From Hypanus sabinus (taxonomy: Eukaryota): a stretch of DNA of 64,000 bases. A program made the position numbers and the translations under genes. The notes below the pieces were generated by a model, which was not told where the DNA came from, made no database searches, and was given only the letters and a program-made list of their open reading frames with translations. Below, piece by piece: positions 35,851 to 49,822 of this stretch (its first letter is position 1; each line of letters starts with the position of its first letter). The stretch is from contig NC_082710.1 of NCBI RefSeq assembly GCF_030144855.1, forward strand, positions 50,034,001 through 50,098,000, written 5' to 3'.

Positions 35851-37704
35851 GTAACCAGGCTTAGCTGGAAGGATTTACTTAAAGTTTAGTGTCTGTTTTG
35901 TCTTGTAAATAAGCAGTTAACCTATTTAATGTTAGTGAGCGTCTTCTGTCCCACTCACCTAATCCACAAAACTGACTTTCCACAAGAATCTACCAATCAG
36001 GCAACACAATTACCTCAATAATGGACATTTCATAACTATCATCTCCACATGATCAAAATCAAGGAAGACAGCATATTTGTCCCAGAACTGGTTTGAATCC
36101 AGACTTTCAACCATGGATTTTTTTTTATTATTTGCTTCCTGTCTCCTCCTTCTGCTAAATCCATGTTTCAGTCTCAGCTGTGCTGTTTTCTACCTGCAGT
36201 CATTCCATCTCTATTCTCATTGGGAACTGGATTCAACATGGTCTGAACTCTTGCTTTCAGATTTCCCTTTGAATTGATAATGTAAGAAGTTTAAAGAATT
36301 GGATGTCTAACAGCCCTAAATCATCTGTCTTCAGATGAATCCTGTAGTTAAACAGCTTTGCCTCACACCTCATTAAATATTTGCTATCTCTCTCTCTTTT
36401 AACCTTGTGATGAGTGTATCTGAAGATAACCAAATGGAAAAGTAGTAATCCTCTCTCTAAACTCAATTTGATGACCTATTTTTCATTATAATTATTTTCA
36501 GTTATAATAAAGTTATAGTTTATACATACACTAGTTTAAAAGATGACCATAAAATGTTACAGGGATCTAACATTTTGTCGAAATGCTGATGGCTCAGTTG
36601 GCTACATCACCATGATTTCTTTCTTTAAAAAACCGCAACAAGCAGTTACCAAATCAACTGTGCTCTGTAATTTTACGGTTTTGAAGCCAGGAACTGCAAA
36701 ACTCTATGAAAATGTACAGGTACTTGTGAGAGGGATATTGCTAGATTTGTCCTTTATTCAGTGGGGGACTGCTGTAACTGGAGCTGCACACTGAACTTAA
36801 TTATGGCTACCAAGCATTCGGGCAGCTAACTGCAGCGCTTCTACCTCAAGCTCCATGAAGTCTGACCACTAAATCCCAACAGGTTTTCAGACACAAAGTG
36901 CAGAGTGTTTAAACAACATCTTTAGTATTCAGCCACCTCTGGACAATGTTTACGCAGCTGAACAATCTCCTGCTTGTTGAGCTTTGTGCAGCATATATAC
37001 ATCTGTGAGCTAAATGCACAACATACGGCTGAACGCCTGAAACCAAGCCACAATGACACACTTTAAGTAAATGAAAACGACGAAGGAAAGCGAACTCTCG
37101 AATTAGCTTGGCTGCCAAATCATACAGTCCATCAGATGCATCATCTAAACTATTCTAATGAAAGCAAATGTTGATGGGGGTTTAGAGAAACTGTTGCAAT
37201 CCCCTTGTGAAACCTATGAAAATAAACTAAATTACTGGACTCCAGTGAGGGGCCCTTTTTAGCGACTGATTTATTTGCCATCATCAGTCTAGCTTAAAAA
37301 TGTGTTATCATTTGGAAAAGGTACAGATTTACTCTGCAAGGTTCAAGAATAAATTATATTAATATCTATAGACAATAAATTAATTTTGAAGATCATTGTT
37401 CTTTCTCCGAAGATGCTACTCAGCCTGACGAGTATTTCGAGCAGCTTCCGCACACATTTCAGTTCTTCAACAATCCACATGAAACTAGTACTGCGCTTCA
37501 CCACAAGACCTTGGAAAATGCACTTGCTTATGCATGATACATCTTCAGTAGCTCTGGCTCTGGTCATTTTCAAGATATGCCATTTTGGAACAGTTTAAAA
37601 AACTGAACATTTTTGAACCAATAACTCAGCCATGTTCACCATTAATCCAAGCAAGAGGAAATAGGGCAAGAAATCTTCAAGTGGAGAATGTTAATAACTT
37701 CCTA

Positions 37705-38000
37705 GGTACAGTAATGCAAGCTTGTAGAGTGGCTCCTGTCAACCAGAGTTCCATCCTGACCACTGACGTTACTTGTAAGGAGTATGCATGTTCTTCATGT
37801 GACCACATAGGTTTCATTCCGGTTCTCTGGTTTCTTTTCACATTCTAAAAACATGCAGTTTGGTTGGTTAACTGAATTGTCACAGGATCAGGGGGAAGCT
37901 GCCAAGAATGTGGTAGAAAAATAAAAGGGCTAAGATGGGATTAAAGTAAAAACCAGTGCTTGGTGGTCAGGGTCTAAATGGCCTGTTTTTGTGCTGTATC
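37705..38000 (+). mobile_element. V-SINE/HE1-like SINE, decayed
   Basis: GAGTTCCATCCTGACC B-box region, central GGAGTATGCATGTTCT...GTGACC and a CR1-like tail GGCCTGTTTTTGTGCTGTA. Confidence 0.7.
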
Positions 38001-38039
38001 TATCGCATCCTACTGATGAAGGGCTTGAGCTCTATCAGC

Positions 38040-39340
38040 ATCTCTTACACATTCTCCTCTACCATACATTCTAGGTCACTTTAAATGATTCTCTGCTTGT
38101 TCCTCTCTTGAAATATTCCTAATTTCCTCCCTCATTCCATTACCAATTCCTCCAAATATCCAACCTTTCCTTTTCTTCCTCATTTCGTCATTTCCTAATT
38201 TCTGCTTAATTTTCCCACTCTGTTCTGTCTTTGTACTTTGCCCAAAGAATTCAACTTCTGGACATACCTTCTTCTTAAACTATTTGTTCCTGTATTTTGC
38301 CTTTCCATTGCAACCTTTTGCAACTATCAATTTTTGTTCTGTGTGTGTATACTTAACACTCACTCAAAATCTTTTTGTCTTTACCAGTCTTTCTCTCTCT
38401 CTCTCTCTCCTCCTACTCCCTATCTGCTATTGTATGGATACATTTTCTTTTTATTGCTTTGTTTTTTTTTTAAGTTTTGTCCTTTCCTCAACTTTTGCTC
38501 TTCTTCCTCTGTTTCTTTATTCCCTTGTGTAGCTTTGTATCTTTTCCTCGCTCATACATGTACTTTTTTCCTATTCTAGGTCATTCCTCGTCTCTTTACA
38601 TCTGTATCTGCTGCTTTCTTTGACTAGGCCTTCCTTTATCTATCTCTTGCTTTATTTCCCTTCCATGCCTGTGCATTATGTATGCAAGAAAAGGACAGAT
38701 AAACAGTCTCCCTCCAATGTGTGCCTTAGGGAATCCATCCCAACACTCTGATCATCTCTACTCCATCCATACCTACTGCCATTTTGGGTGCACTTTCCAA
38801 AGTTTTCTAACATTCGCCAGTTCCTGGCACCTGGTCCTGATCCCCACCACTAATGCCATTAACCATGATAATCTCTCCACTCCAGGTCTTGTTTTCCATT
38901 ATGCTTTCCCCTCAGACCAGGTTCTATTCTTCACTACACTGTCTCTCTACACCCATTCCCATTCCCCCCGTGCACTCTTCAAATGTGATTCCATTCCCCC
39001 GCTTCATTCTCTCTTCACATCGATTCACTCCTGTTTGCACCGCATTCTTTCTCTGCTTCACAATATGTTCCCCAAACCCCTCTCTCCTCACTTCCAGTTC
39101 CATCTCCACCATGTTTCCCTCTGTATACACTCATTCCACATCAGATCCTGTCTCCATTAACTCCCTACACTCCTCCTCTTCCAATAGCTAGTTTCACCCC
39201 ATTCCTCACCATCCTCTGTAAACACCCCTTGGTTCTGTTGCCCATCACACTCCACTTGGTCCTGTCTCCCATAATGTTCCACCAATATTCCTTACCCTGT
39301 GTCAGTTACTCCCACAGTAATGTATCTCACTCCCACAGCA
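38040..39340 (+). repeat. ~1.3-kb pyrimidine-rich low-complexity tract including (CT)n
   Basis: Strong C/T bias on the + strand. The ORFs here are F/L/S/H-rich artefacts. Confidence 0.85.
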
Positions 39341-39729
39341 GCTACACCTTGGAATGACTGGGGCAGCCAACTGTTTAAAGACCTTGCAATGATGGCTGCA
39401 CTAACAGCATTTTATCTGTGCTTTTTCGCTCTCTATTCAATGCTATGCAAATTAACTTGACCAATGACTCCAACATAAATGGCAAGCAAATAATTAAATA
39501 GGAAACACTGCCTTCTTAATTGCTCAAGAAAATAAAGCAGGTTACTAAATAGCAACTTCCACTAATGCACTGATTTAGCATAAAAAGCTCAGATTGCTTC
39601 CTACATTTTCAAGAAATGACTAAATTATTCATCTATCAAATGAGTTTTCTGAGGTTTCTAATAATCTTTAATGATCAGAATGTAAAATGAGAACCACAAA
39701 TTCCATTCACCTAGGAAGATGATCATACA

Positions 39730-40740
39730 AATTAGAACACAGATCAATACAGCGATGGACAGGCCATATTGTCCATGATTTTGTGCCAATCTACACTAAA
39801 TATTCTCCTGTGTATTACCTATATCCCTCCATTCCCTTCATATTTTTGTGTTTATTTAAAATCCTCAAACTTTACAAACTGCCTGCTTCTACTACTAGCC
39901 CTGGTAACCTACTTCAGCCACCTACCACTCTGTGTAAAAAAAAATTCCCCCTCACATCGTTTTTAAACTTCCCATCCCCCTCTGGTGTTTGACATTTCTA
40001 TCATGGGGAAAAGATTTTGACTGTCTACCCTACTGGCTCTGATACTTCATGGAAAACCAACTCAAATTGTCTAAACTTTCCGTCTAGCTCGCACCCATCA
40101 TCCAGGCAGTATCATGGTAAATCTCTTTTGCTTCCTCTCCACAGTCTGCATATTCAGTCTGTCTAAAGTTTCATATAGTTGCAGCATAATTTTCTTGCTC
40201 TTATACTCCAGTCCACCTATCAACTCGGAGCAAGTATCAACTCAGCTTCTTCTGCCTCCTCTGCTACTAAAAAGATTATGGTTGATCCGATTGAGAGGTA
40301 AACTCTAAATGTGATAGTCAAAGCATATAAAAGTCTGCTTAAAAAATTCAGATTGTTTCCACCATTGTGGAAAAGAATTGCAAGACATCTCACCCATCCC
40401 AGATATTAGTCCAATAAGTTCTCTCTGGAGAGTTTCCAACAGGCTAACATATTTCCTTAATTAAGGAGAGCACTATTGTACACCATTGTCCCAATACAGT
40501 CTCAGCAATGTACTTATATCCACAACTTCCTTATTCAATTCCCTTGGCATTTGTTTATAAAATTGTTATATTTCTTAATTATTTGTAACTACATGTTAGT
40601 ATTTTGTGGACACCCTGAACCCTCACCATTTAGATAGTATATCTCTTTACCTTTCTTGCCAAAGTGAATAATTTACAATTTCTCAGATTATACTCCAACT
40701 GGCCAACTTTGCCTTTGCTCACTAATGTCTACTGAGAGTC
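39730..40740 (-). mobile_element. Decayed CR1 LINE
   Basis: Reverse complement of the CR1 3' end (ACCACTCTGTGTAAAAAAAAATTCCCCCTCACATC) and upstream fragments. Confidence 0.7.
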
Positions 40741-41339
40741 AGTGCCAGCCCCAGCAACTTGGGTTGAGAGGTTGAGATGTTGAATTATAAATTACCCATC
40801 AGAAAAAGACTCGTTTATGGCTATACCAAAATGATACCTCCTACAATGTGAATGTTTATTGTCTGTAATATTATAAAATGCAGTGTCTTATTAAACTCCT
40901 CAGAAATTCATATTTTGTACTCTCCTGGTCCTGCTTTATCCACAGTTACTTCATAGAAGAACTCACTGAGCAAACCTGATTTCCTTTTATAAAACAGGTT
41001 GGCTTTAGCACTGTATATTGAACTTTTCAAAGCGTCTTTCTCCAACAATTTAAAAGAGTTAATGAGAAACTTGAAACTTCCTGTAGACAATCACTAAGCA
41101 TACTTCCGTTGATACATTTTTGATATTTCTGAGTAGCACGATCTAACAGACTTACTGGCTTCAGAAAACAACCAAAAAAATCAAAATTTAAGGAATCAAT
41201 TTTATACGTTTTACCTGATCCTCTAAGTACATTAGGGCATTACAATAATCCTCAGTGAACTGTTGGTCTATTGACACTCAACATCAGATTGGGAAATTTC
41301 ATCAACTTGTCTTGCCCAAATGAGATTCATTCTTGACTT

Positions 41340-41800
41340 CCTTTTCTTCTCCTCATCTCTATTTCTATTCCTAGGGATTACCAGTGTAATGAACCAATTG
41401 AAACTTAGACTGCCCTTCAGACCTACCTACTTCCTGTACAAAATCTCTTTGATCTTCTACTTCCTGTCTCACTTGCACCTAGTTAGGCAAAGCCACCATC
41501 CAAATCAGTACTTCTAACATTTTTACTCCCTCCCCCCCCCATTCCCAGGATTGGTTTACTTTGTGGTTGATGGGACCCTCAACTATGTCTATTCCTTTTT
41601 CTACACATCTACTCTCATTCCTTTGTTTCCTTCCTGATATATTAGAGGATTCTCATTCTCTTCATTTTCTATTACACAGGGGCTCTGCAGTCATTGGATA
41701 ATCCTCTGGCTCTTCAGCACAATCATGCCACCAATTGGCTCTTCAATCTTCCTCTTCCAACATTTTGATACTTCTCATGTCCTTGTCACAGATAAGACCA
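41340..41800 (+). mobile_element. Highly decayed Penelope-like remnant
   Basis: Weak similarity to 29750-30750 (CCTCAACTATGTCTATTCCTTTT, CAGCACAATCAT). Confidence 0.35.
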
Positions 41801-42164
41801 TTTAGCAAGCAGCTCAAATGTCTTCTCCTTCTAAAGTACCTTCCTGAGCAACTGTCTCTCTGCAGGATATGTGAAGCAACATTTTTAAGATATGGAGATA
41901 TCTTCGTTCAAATTAGTAGCACCAAAAATGTCCACCTATGACAAATTAGACCCATAAAAAATATAATAATGTGTTCAACCAAGGGCAGAAATTAAATACT
42001 AATTTAAAAAAACTCTAACATAAAGTGATTTCCATTTGTTTCTGACTCGAATTAAATAAGTAATAATATTGGGAAAATTAAATCTTAAAATTGAGTGAAA
42101 GAAAATTGAAGCCTAGGGAAATTAGGAAACATTTTATAAACTAAAGCATTTTTAACATCTTCAT

Positions 42165-42270
42165 AAATACAAAGGATTCTGCAGATGTTGGACATCCTGA
42201 GTAACCACATATTGGAGGAACTCAACATCATAGATGCTCCCTGACCTGCTGAGTTCCTCTGACATCCTAA
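42165..42270. mobile_element. Penelope pLTR-derived mini fold-back
   Basis: TTCTGCAGATGTTGGA...GGAGGAACTCA followed by CCTGACCTGCTGAGTTCCTC. Confidence 0.6.
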
Positions 42271-42739
42271 TTTTTGTCTTTAATGATATATTGGTAACTT
42301 CTCCAAATCAAGTCTAATAGATTCAGCAGCTACATCAACTGTCATACTATCTACACTAAAATAAACTAATGAATGGTTTCTGTGTCAGGGCTACATCTTT
42401 CATTAGAAAACAAATTCATGTCAATTTTTATTTCCCTCTACATATATTCTCTGGTCTATTTCTAGCATTTCCGTTTGTATCCTTAATTCACTTCTCAGTA
42501 GTTACCGAAAATTAAAAGAAAATTAAAAATATTAAGATTATTATTTGAATTGGATTTTCTTCCACCCACTCTAACAATGCTGAGTCATTCTGTTTTCTAG
42601 CTTCATTATACATTGGCAGTTCTCCAGTCCTTTGTCCAGCTTTATACTCTTCATCAATGAGAACAGGAAATAAGTAGTGATTTCTTATCTAACCATACTT
42701 GTTTTCTGGCCTATACTAATTTGAAGCTTAAATTGGTCT

Positions 42740-44000
42740 GTTTCAACACAGTTATAACACTGGTATTTCCCTGACAATGTGGAAAATTCCTGATTGCTCC
42801 TATTCACAAAAAAAGGGCAAAGCTAACCTAGCTAACAGCTACCTGTTCATTCTCATTATTGTCAACGGCGTGATAGAAGGTGGCATTGACAGTGCTATCG
42901 GGCAGCACTTGCTCACCAAAATCCTGGACATCAGTGAACATGTTAGAATTTTGCCTGGAGCACTCAGCTTCAGACTATTATAGTCTCGGACCAATCAAGA
43001 ATCAAAGAGCAGAAATGGAGAAATAGACTGCCCAAGACATCGAGACAGCATTTGACCAGTTTTATCAGGGTATCAAGGAAATCTGGTAAAACTGGTCAAT
43101 GGGCACCAAGGGGAAATCATTTAAGTGAGAAGAAGTTACTTAAGGTCAAACATTCCAGCCCCAGGATATCACTGCAGCAGTTCCTGAGGAGTGTCTTAGG
43201 CTTCATCAGTGAGCCTTCTTCCATGAGGTCAGAGAGGGGGATGATCACTGATGTTTGCATGATATTCAGTTCCTCAGCCACTGAAGCAGCTATGCCTGCA
43301 TGAAGCAAGCCTTGGCAAGGGATGGTAAATAGTAAGTAATATTCCTGTCACATCTGCCAGCAAAGAGCATCTACCAGAACAGACACCAACCACCTAATCC
43401 TAATAATTCATTGGAATTACCATCACTGAGTCTCCCATCATTAATATCCAGGGAGTCTCCAACAACCCAAAATAAAACTGGGCAGCTACATAATAAGCAA
43501 AGCACAAGAGCAAGTCAGAGAAAGGGTTTTCTGCAGTAAATGAATCATTTTCTAACTCCAGGATTCAGCTGTATAATGTAGTGCTCTCCATTTGCCTGAA
43601 TGAGTGCACATTCAATAGCAATCAAGAAATTTAACAGCATTAAGGACAAGGTAGCCCACTTGAATGGCACCCCATTAACCACCCTAAACATTGATTCCTC
43701 CCAACACTGGTGCACAGTGGCTACATTATGTATCCTTACAACAAGTCTGAAATTTACTGCCTGTGTTACTCAGACTACTTCTGCCAAACCAGTGATCTTC
43801 ACCATCAGGGACAAGGATAGGGGCATGGGAACATCACCACATGCAGAACTCCATCTATGTCACACACTGTCCTCATCTGGAATTATGTTGGCACCAATTC
43901 TAAAGTTATTGGGAGTGCCTACATTGAAAGAGAGTGTCTTAACCACCACGTTCTCAGCAGTAATGAACAATAAATGCCATGTCCAGATTCTGAAAAAAAA
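42740..44000 (+). mobile_element. Ancient CR1/L2-group LINE RT remnant
   Basis: Degenerate KGKANLANSY (K..SNPANYRP), DIETAFD, VPxxSVLG and MITDVC (FADD) motifs. Confidence 0.7.
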
Positions 44001-45075
44001 TGAACAGATTAAAGCAATAGATAACAAGACCAGATAAGAAGAGTAGGGGTTTTATCTAATTTTTCCATTCCAACCAGGGACTGTAAACAGTTGCAGTAGA
44101 GATTAACCAGTTCTGCACATTGGCTCACTTGGAGGTTCAAAGTCTGGTACCCAGAGTAGCTCAAGTAATGTCACCACTGACAGAGATCAGAAGGACATTA
44201 GATGTTGGACTGGTGATGACATAACTAGAAGGGAAAAGTTTTCATTCTTCAGGACTGAGGCAGAGTTTTGACCAAAATGCCATTAATTCCTTCCAATCGC
44301 ATCTCCCACCCACATTTCCACAGATGCTGCTCAACCTGCTAAGTTCATCCAGCAGGTCACTTGCTGTGCATGCCCAAAGAGCCAGGTATACAAATATGGG
44401 CAACATCGTTATTGTGCTCTGCTGTACCTACTCCCTTCGACAAATTACAAACATTACTTTTAAGTTCTGGTTGGTTGATTAGAAAATGGATTGAACAAAG
44501 GATATGAAATTTTGTGCTCAGCTTTCATCCCATTCCCAATTTTTGACCCTTGGCTTTTGAACCCCAATTAGCAAAACAATTCCCCCCCAGCTAACCAAAG
44601 CTTTTAATCATTTTTGCGCACTGTTAGTACCTCCTCAGTCCTTCCCTCCTGAAGTTAGTGACCTGATGGGATCTTATATCTTTAGTTAATCGGTCCATAG
44701 GCAACCACTGGAAGCTATTTGCAGTCCTGGTCTCAACTTCTCAGGCTTTCGTACTCAAGTCACAGTCAAGTTGTAGTCAGAAGTCCAGCTTTGCTGCTGG
44801 AGCTGAAGTTGACCTTGATGATGAATATGTTATGAGACGAGATGTTGCATGTCCTTTACCCAGGACCCACAACCTTTATGCCAGCAATGGCAGATAGAAT
44901 CTTTCCATTTGAACATGGTTGTTGATTTCATTAAAATGGAAAGCAAAGGTAAATCACAACTTCATTTTATTTTGAATAAGTTATTAAGATGCAAACTAAT
45001 TTTATATTTTACTTCTTAAGGCATTTATTTTGTTGTGGAAATCTACTCAAATGCTTTTTAAACATTCATCTAGGG

Positions 45076-45155
45076 CAGGGGTTCCCAGTCTGGGGTCCCC
45101 GGACTCCTTGCTTAATGGTCTTGGTCCATAACATAAAACAGGCTGGGAAACCCTG
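45076..45155. mobile_element. 80-bp hAT (Charlie-type) MITE
   Basis: TIRs CAGGGGTTCCCAG and CTGGGAAACCCTG. The 8-bp flanks ATCTAGGG and ATCTGGAG (6/8 identical) fit the NTCTAGAN target preference. A second copy lies at 45470-45550. Confidence 0.8.
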
Positions 45156-45239
45156 ATCTGGAGATCTAAAAAGTAGTGATGTGGTGTAGTTGACCTCCAA
45201 TAATTACAACTATTTTCCTTTATGCAGGAGGTGTCTTAA

Positions 45240-48030
45240 ACCAGGAAGGAGCTTAAGAAGGGACTTAAGAAAGCTAGAAAGGGACATGAGAAGGCTTTGG
45301 CAAGAAAGATTAAGGAAAACCCCAAGGCATTCTACAGACAAGTGAAGAACAGGGGATAATGAGACTAAGGAGAGAAACGGTCAGGGACACAAGAGGAAAC
45401 ATGTGCCTGGAATCGTAGGAAGCAGGTGAGTCTTAATGAATATTTTGCTTCAGTATTCACTAGTGAGAACAGAAGTTCTTAACCAGAGGTCCACAGACTG
45501 CTTGCTTGATGGTATTGGTCCATGGTAAAACAAAGGCTGGGAACCCTCCGAGTCTGAGGGATCTTGATGAATGGGAACTTAGCATGAAACAGGCTAATAT
45601 GCTGGAACCTGTGGGGGTAAGAAAGAGCACATACTGGAACTTTAGAAAAACGTTAGTTTATACAAGTTGCTGGTGCTGGACAGAATATACCCCATGTTAC
45701 TATGAGAAGTGAGGAAGAGATTGTTGTGCATTTGGCAATAATTTTTGCATCCCCACTGGCCACAGGAACATACCAGCAGACTGGAGGGTGCCAAATGTTA
45801 TTTCTTTGTTCAATAAAGGTAACAAGCAATAATCCCAGGAATGATAGAACAGTGTTGTGCAAACTATGGAGAGAATTCTTAGAGACAAGATTTACAAGCA
45901 TTTACAAGCATATATATATATCCACTTGTTCACAGGGAGAATGTACGAACTCCGTATAGGTTGTGGCAGAATTTAACTCGGGACACTGATGCTGTAATAG
46001 CTTATGTTAACCACTATGCTACCATGTAGCATACGTAGTGGTGCCTTTAGTAAGGCATTCAACAATGTTTGCCATGGTAGGCTCATTCAAAAAGTCAGGA
46101 GACATGGGATCCAGAGAAACTGGGCTGTATGGGGTCGAAATTGGCTTGCCCACAGAAGGCAGATGGTAGTAGTAGTAGACGAAGCATTTTCCACCTGTAG
46201 CTTTGTGACTAGTGGTGTTCCGCAGGAATCTGTTCTGGATCCGTGCTCTTTGTGAGTTTAATAAATGGCTTGGATGAGGACGTGGAAGATTGGGTTAGTA
46301 AACTTGCAGATGACACAAAGGTTGATGGCGTAGTGGATAGTGTAGAAAGTTGTCATAGGTCATATTGAAACATTGAAGGGATGCAAAACCAGTCTGAGTA
46401 GTGGCAGGAGATCAACCCAAAAAAGTGTAAATTAATTCACATTTGAAAGTCATTTTGGAAAGCAGAATATAGGGCTAATGGCAGGATACTTTGCAGTCTG
46501 GAAGAACAGAGAGGTTCCATAGATCCTTGAAGGTGCCATGCAATTTGATAGCATGGTTAAGAAGCCATACAGTGTATTAGCTTTTATTAGTCATGGTATT
46601 GAGTTCAAGGGCCATGAGACAATGCTGCAGGTCTACAAAACTCTGGTTGTACCATACTTGAATAGTTGTGTACAGTTCTGTCACCTCATTATAGAAAGGA
46701 TATGGAAGCTTTAGATACGGTGCCAAGGACATTTACCAGGATGCTAAGTGGATCAGAGAGCATGTCTTACAAGGAAAGGTCGGGCTGGCGAGGGCTATTT
46801 TCTGTGGAGCAAAAGATGCGAGGTAACTTGATAGAAGTATATATGATAAGAGCCATGTAGTGTTGAGGAAACAGGGAGTCTGCAGGAGGACTTAGATTAG
46901 GAGAATGGGCATATAAGTGACAGATAGAATACAGTGTAGGTAAAGTGTACAGTCATGCATTTTAGTAGAAGGAAAAAAGGTGTAGACTCTTTTCTAAACA
47001 GGGAGAAAATTCAGAAATCAAAGGTGCAAGGGGATTTAGGAGTGCTCATGCAGGATTCCCTAAAGATTAACTTGCAGGTTAAGTTGATGGTAAGGAAGGT
47101 AAACGTAATGTTGACATTCATTTTAAGAGGAATGTAATGCTGAGGCTTTTTGATGAATCGTTCAAACCACACTGAGTATTGTTAAAAGTTTTGGACCCTT
47201 GGCATTGAAGAGGGTCCAGAAGAGGATCAGGAGAATGATCCGGGGAAATGTAAGAGTTAATGCAAGAAGAGTGTTTTGATGGCTTAGGATGTACTTACTG
47301 GAATTTAGAAGAATGAGGGGGGTAGAATCGCACTGAAACCTATTCTATATTGAAAAGACTTGATAGAATGGACATGGAGAGGATGTTTCCTATAGTGGGG
47401 GAATCTAGGACCAGAGCACACAGCATCAGAATAGAAGGATGCTCTTTGGAACAGATATGGAGGAATTTCTTTAACCAGAGGGTGGTGAATCTGTGGAATT
47501 CATTGCCACAGACAGCTGTGGAGGCAGCTGTGGAGGCCAATTCATCGGGTATATTTAAAGCAGAGGTTGATAGATTCTTGATTAGTCAGGTCATCTAAGG
47601 CAAAAAGAGGTGGTTGAGAGGGATAATAAATCAGCCATGATCAAATTACAGAGAGAACTTGATGGGCCAAATGGCTTAATTCTACTTCTATGTCTTATAG
47701 TCTTACAGAGTAGATAGCCAGTGCATTTCTCTGAGGGTGCCAATGACTATTATGAAAGGGCATAACTTTAAGACAATTGGAGGAAAGTATAGAAGAGATG
47801 ACAGAAGTCAGTTCTTTCATAGAGTGTTAAATGCATAGAGTGCACTGCCAGGGGTGGAGGTATACACAAATATATCAGGGATATTTAAGATAGGCACATG
47901 AATGAAAGAAAAATGATGGTCTATGTGGGAGGGGAGAGTTAGATTGATCTTGGAGTAGGTTGATGGGTCAGCACTATATCATGGGCCAAAAGGCCTACAC
48001 ACTGTCCTGTACTGTTCTATATTCTATTTT
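45240..48030 (+). mobile_element. CR1 LINE with nested hAT MITE (45470-45550), SINE head (about 45925-46030, minus) and a second CR1 (about 46860-47706)
   Basis: FSKAFNNV, TSGVPQESVL and KLADDTKV. The host CR1 breaks at EVYMIRA (46855) and resumes at AGAGTAGATAGCCAG (47707). Confidence 0.85.
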
Positions 48031-49585
48031 CAAGCTGAGGAATGGCAGTGGCCGGCTGCCAAAGGTCATCAGAGCATAATAGATTTGGGGCCTCACGGTA
48101 CCTGAGGTTCAACTGCAGTGAAAATCCTACTTTGCCTAATCAGATACGAATGTCATTTCAACCCACCTTCTATATCTAAAACAGATTAGAGTGGGTGGGA
48201 TGGGCTCTGGTGGGGTGGGGGAAGATGCAAGTTGCAGAGATCAAATCAATCCACTCTTAATGCTGCCCTTCCTAAACTTGTCCTCATGGTCATGCTTTAC
48301 GCATAAACGTTGAAATTGAAAACCAACAGTTTGCTAACAAAAAGAAAGATTATTTTTTACTTTTACTTGCAGACTTTCTAACAGATGCCATATCAGAAGA
48401 AAGGCTGATTAAAACCCTGTACCATTCGCAAACTGCATAACTTAAGCACTGTGAGAGACCAACTTCAGAGTTTCTTTTGCCAACCTGGCAACCAACTCTG
48501 CCTGGGTAATACTGGGAACTGTTAGGCCTGTGAGATTTAGGATTGCCCCGTGAGACACATTCATGCATGGACACTGACCAACTCCCTCAGCAAGCAGTGG
48601 CAGCTTTGAAATCACAAGCAATCAGATATTCTGGGCATGAACAGAAAGCACTGACTTTTACAAAACTGAAAAGAGAATTTTCAGGGTAAATCCAGGTAAA
48701 AATGTAGCTTTTAATCAGATTTTTTTTTTAAGTACCAGAAATGTCTGGAAAGAAATGTGGATGAAAATCAAATAAAATGCCTACAAGTGTTTTTTTTGTG
48801 ACAATCATTCGGTATACTTCTACACCACCATCAGAAACATGCCACCTCAATGACTTTCAATTTAATGCATTAATTTATTTTTCATTCTTATTTCAAAATC
48901 TAGAGGAATATACCAATCACCAATGGATTGATGAGGTTTTACGAGGGTACTGCAATTAAAAGGGTTATTAAACATCGTTCAAAACAGATGGTGGTAGTTT
49001 CTAATGTACTTCCCCATTAGAAAATCTAGTCTTCAATAACTAATTGCATTTCTAATAACAACTGACAGGTATTTTGTCAAATAGAATGTTTTCTAATAAA
49101 TTCTCTAAAAGCTAGTCTGAGATTCAGAAGCATGAATGCTTTCACAGATGTTTAACAACAGATTACTCAGAAAGCTCCTGCACCAGCTAGTGTCACATCA
49201 GATAATCTTTGTCTATTTCAAGATCACTCAATGGATTTAACAAATCACTTTGACAAAAACATGGCAGATAATGCATTTAGCCAGAGACTATCTTGTGATA
49301 TCTTCAAAGAATGAGACTAGTTGGCATAATGTAATGGCTTCCAATTTTGAAGTCAGTAGCCAGGAGATAATATAACATTAACAGCAATACTGAAATCCTG
49401 CAATCTTCCAGCTCCTCGCAAATTTAAGGGATGATATTTATTTTAACGAGTTCACTCCGTCAGAAAGTAAATCCAGCTCATGATCTTTGATCTGTAAGTG
49501 TAACACGTAGCCAACTGATTGCACACCTAGCTCTCTCAAGGTGTAAAACATCTTTGTATTTAACTCTTACAATTATGTGTGATAC

Positions 49586-49822
49586 TGTGTGTGATTATGT
49601 GTGCTACACACAGCGCTGAAATAACGACACGCAGTTGAGTCGGTAAGTCGTTTCGAGACTAGTTTATTCAAACTTCGCAGCGCTGGCATTTAAATCCCTA
49701 GCGCCCTCCCTCTCCGCGCAGAAATTACGTCAGAGGTGCATTACCAAAGTCTCCCCCCCCCCCCCCCCCGCACGCTGGCTATTTGTGAGTTGGTTCACCA
49801 GCGCAGAAAGTGGGTCGCCACA
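49586..49822 (-). mobile_element. Solo LTR (237 bp, Gypsy-like) with 4-bp TSD ATAC
   Basis: TG...CA termini, ATAC at 49582-49585 and 49823-49826, minus-strand AATAAA, CpG-rich. Confidence 0.8.

Noticed and set aside
36909-37155. Minus-strand open frame NSLDDASDGLYDLAAKLIREFAFLRRFHLLK...
   Set aside because: There is no good donor and no recognisable homology, and the length is compatible with chance. It is still worth a BLAST if RNA-seq shows coverage.
38238-39191. ORFs of 82-160 aa
   Set aside because: These are products of the C/T-rich low-complexity tract, which is poor in stop codons.
40908-41230. Several minus-strand donor-like sites and a 60-aa ORF
   Set aside because: No acceptor/donor pair encloses a convincing open frame.
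44745-44897. Plus-strand frame AFVLKSQ...VDLDDEYVMRRDVACP...*
   Set aside because: It is short, has a mediocre acceptor, and there is no other plus-strand exon evidence.
48373-48700. Strong plus-strand acceptor TTTTACTTTTACTTGCAG
   Set aside because: All frames close within about 22 codons and there are no supporting partner exons.
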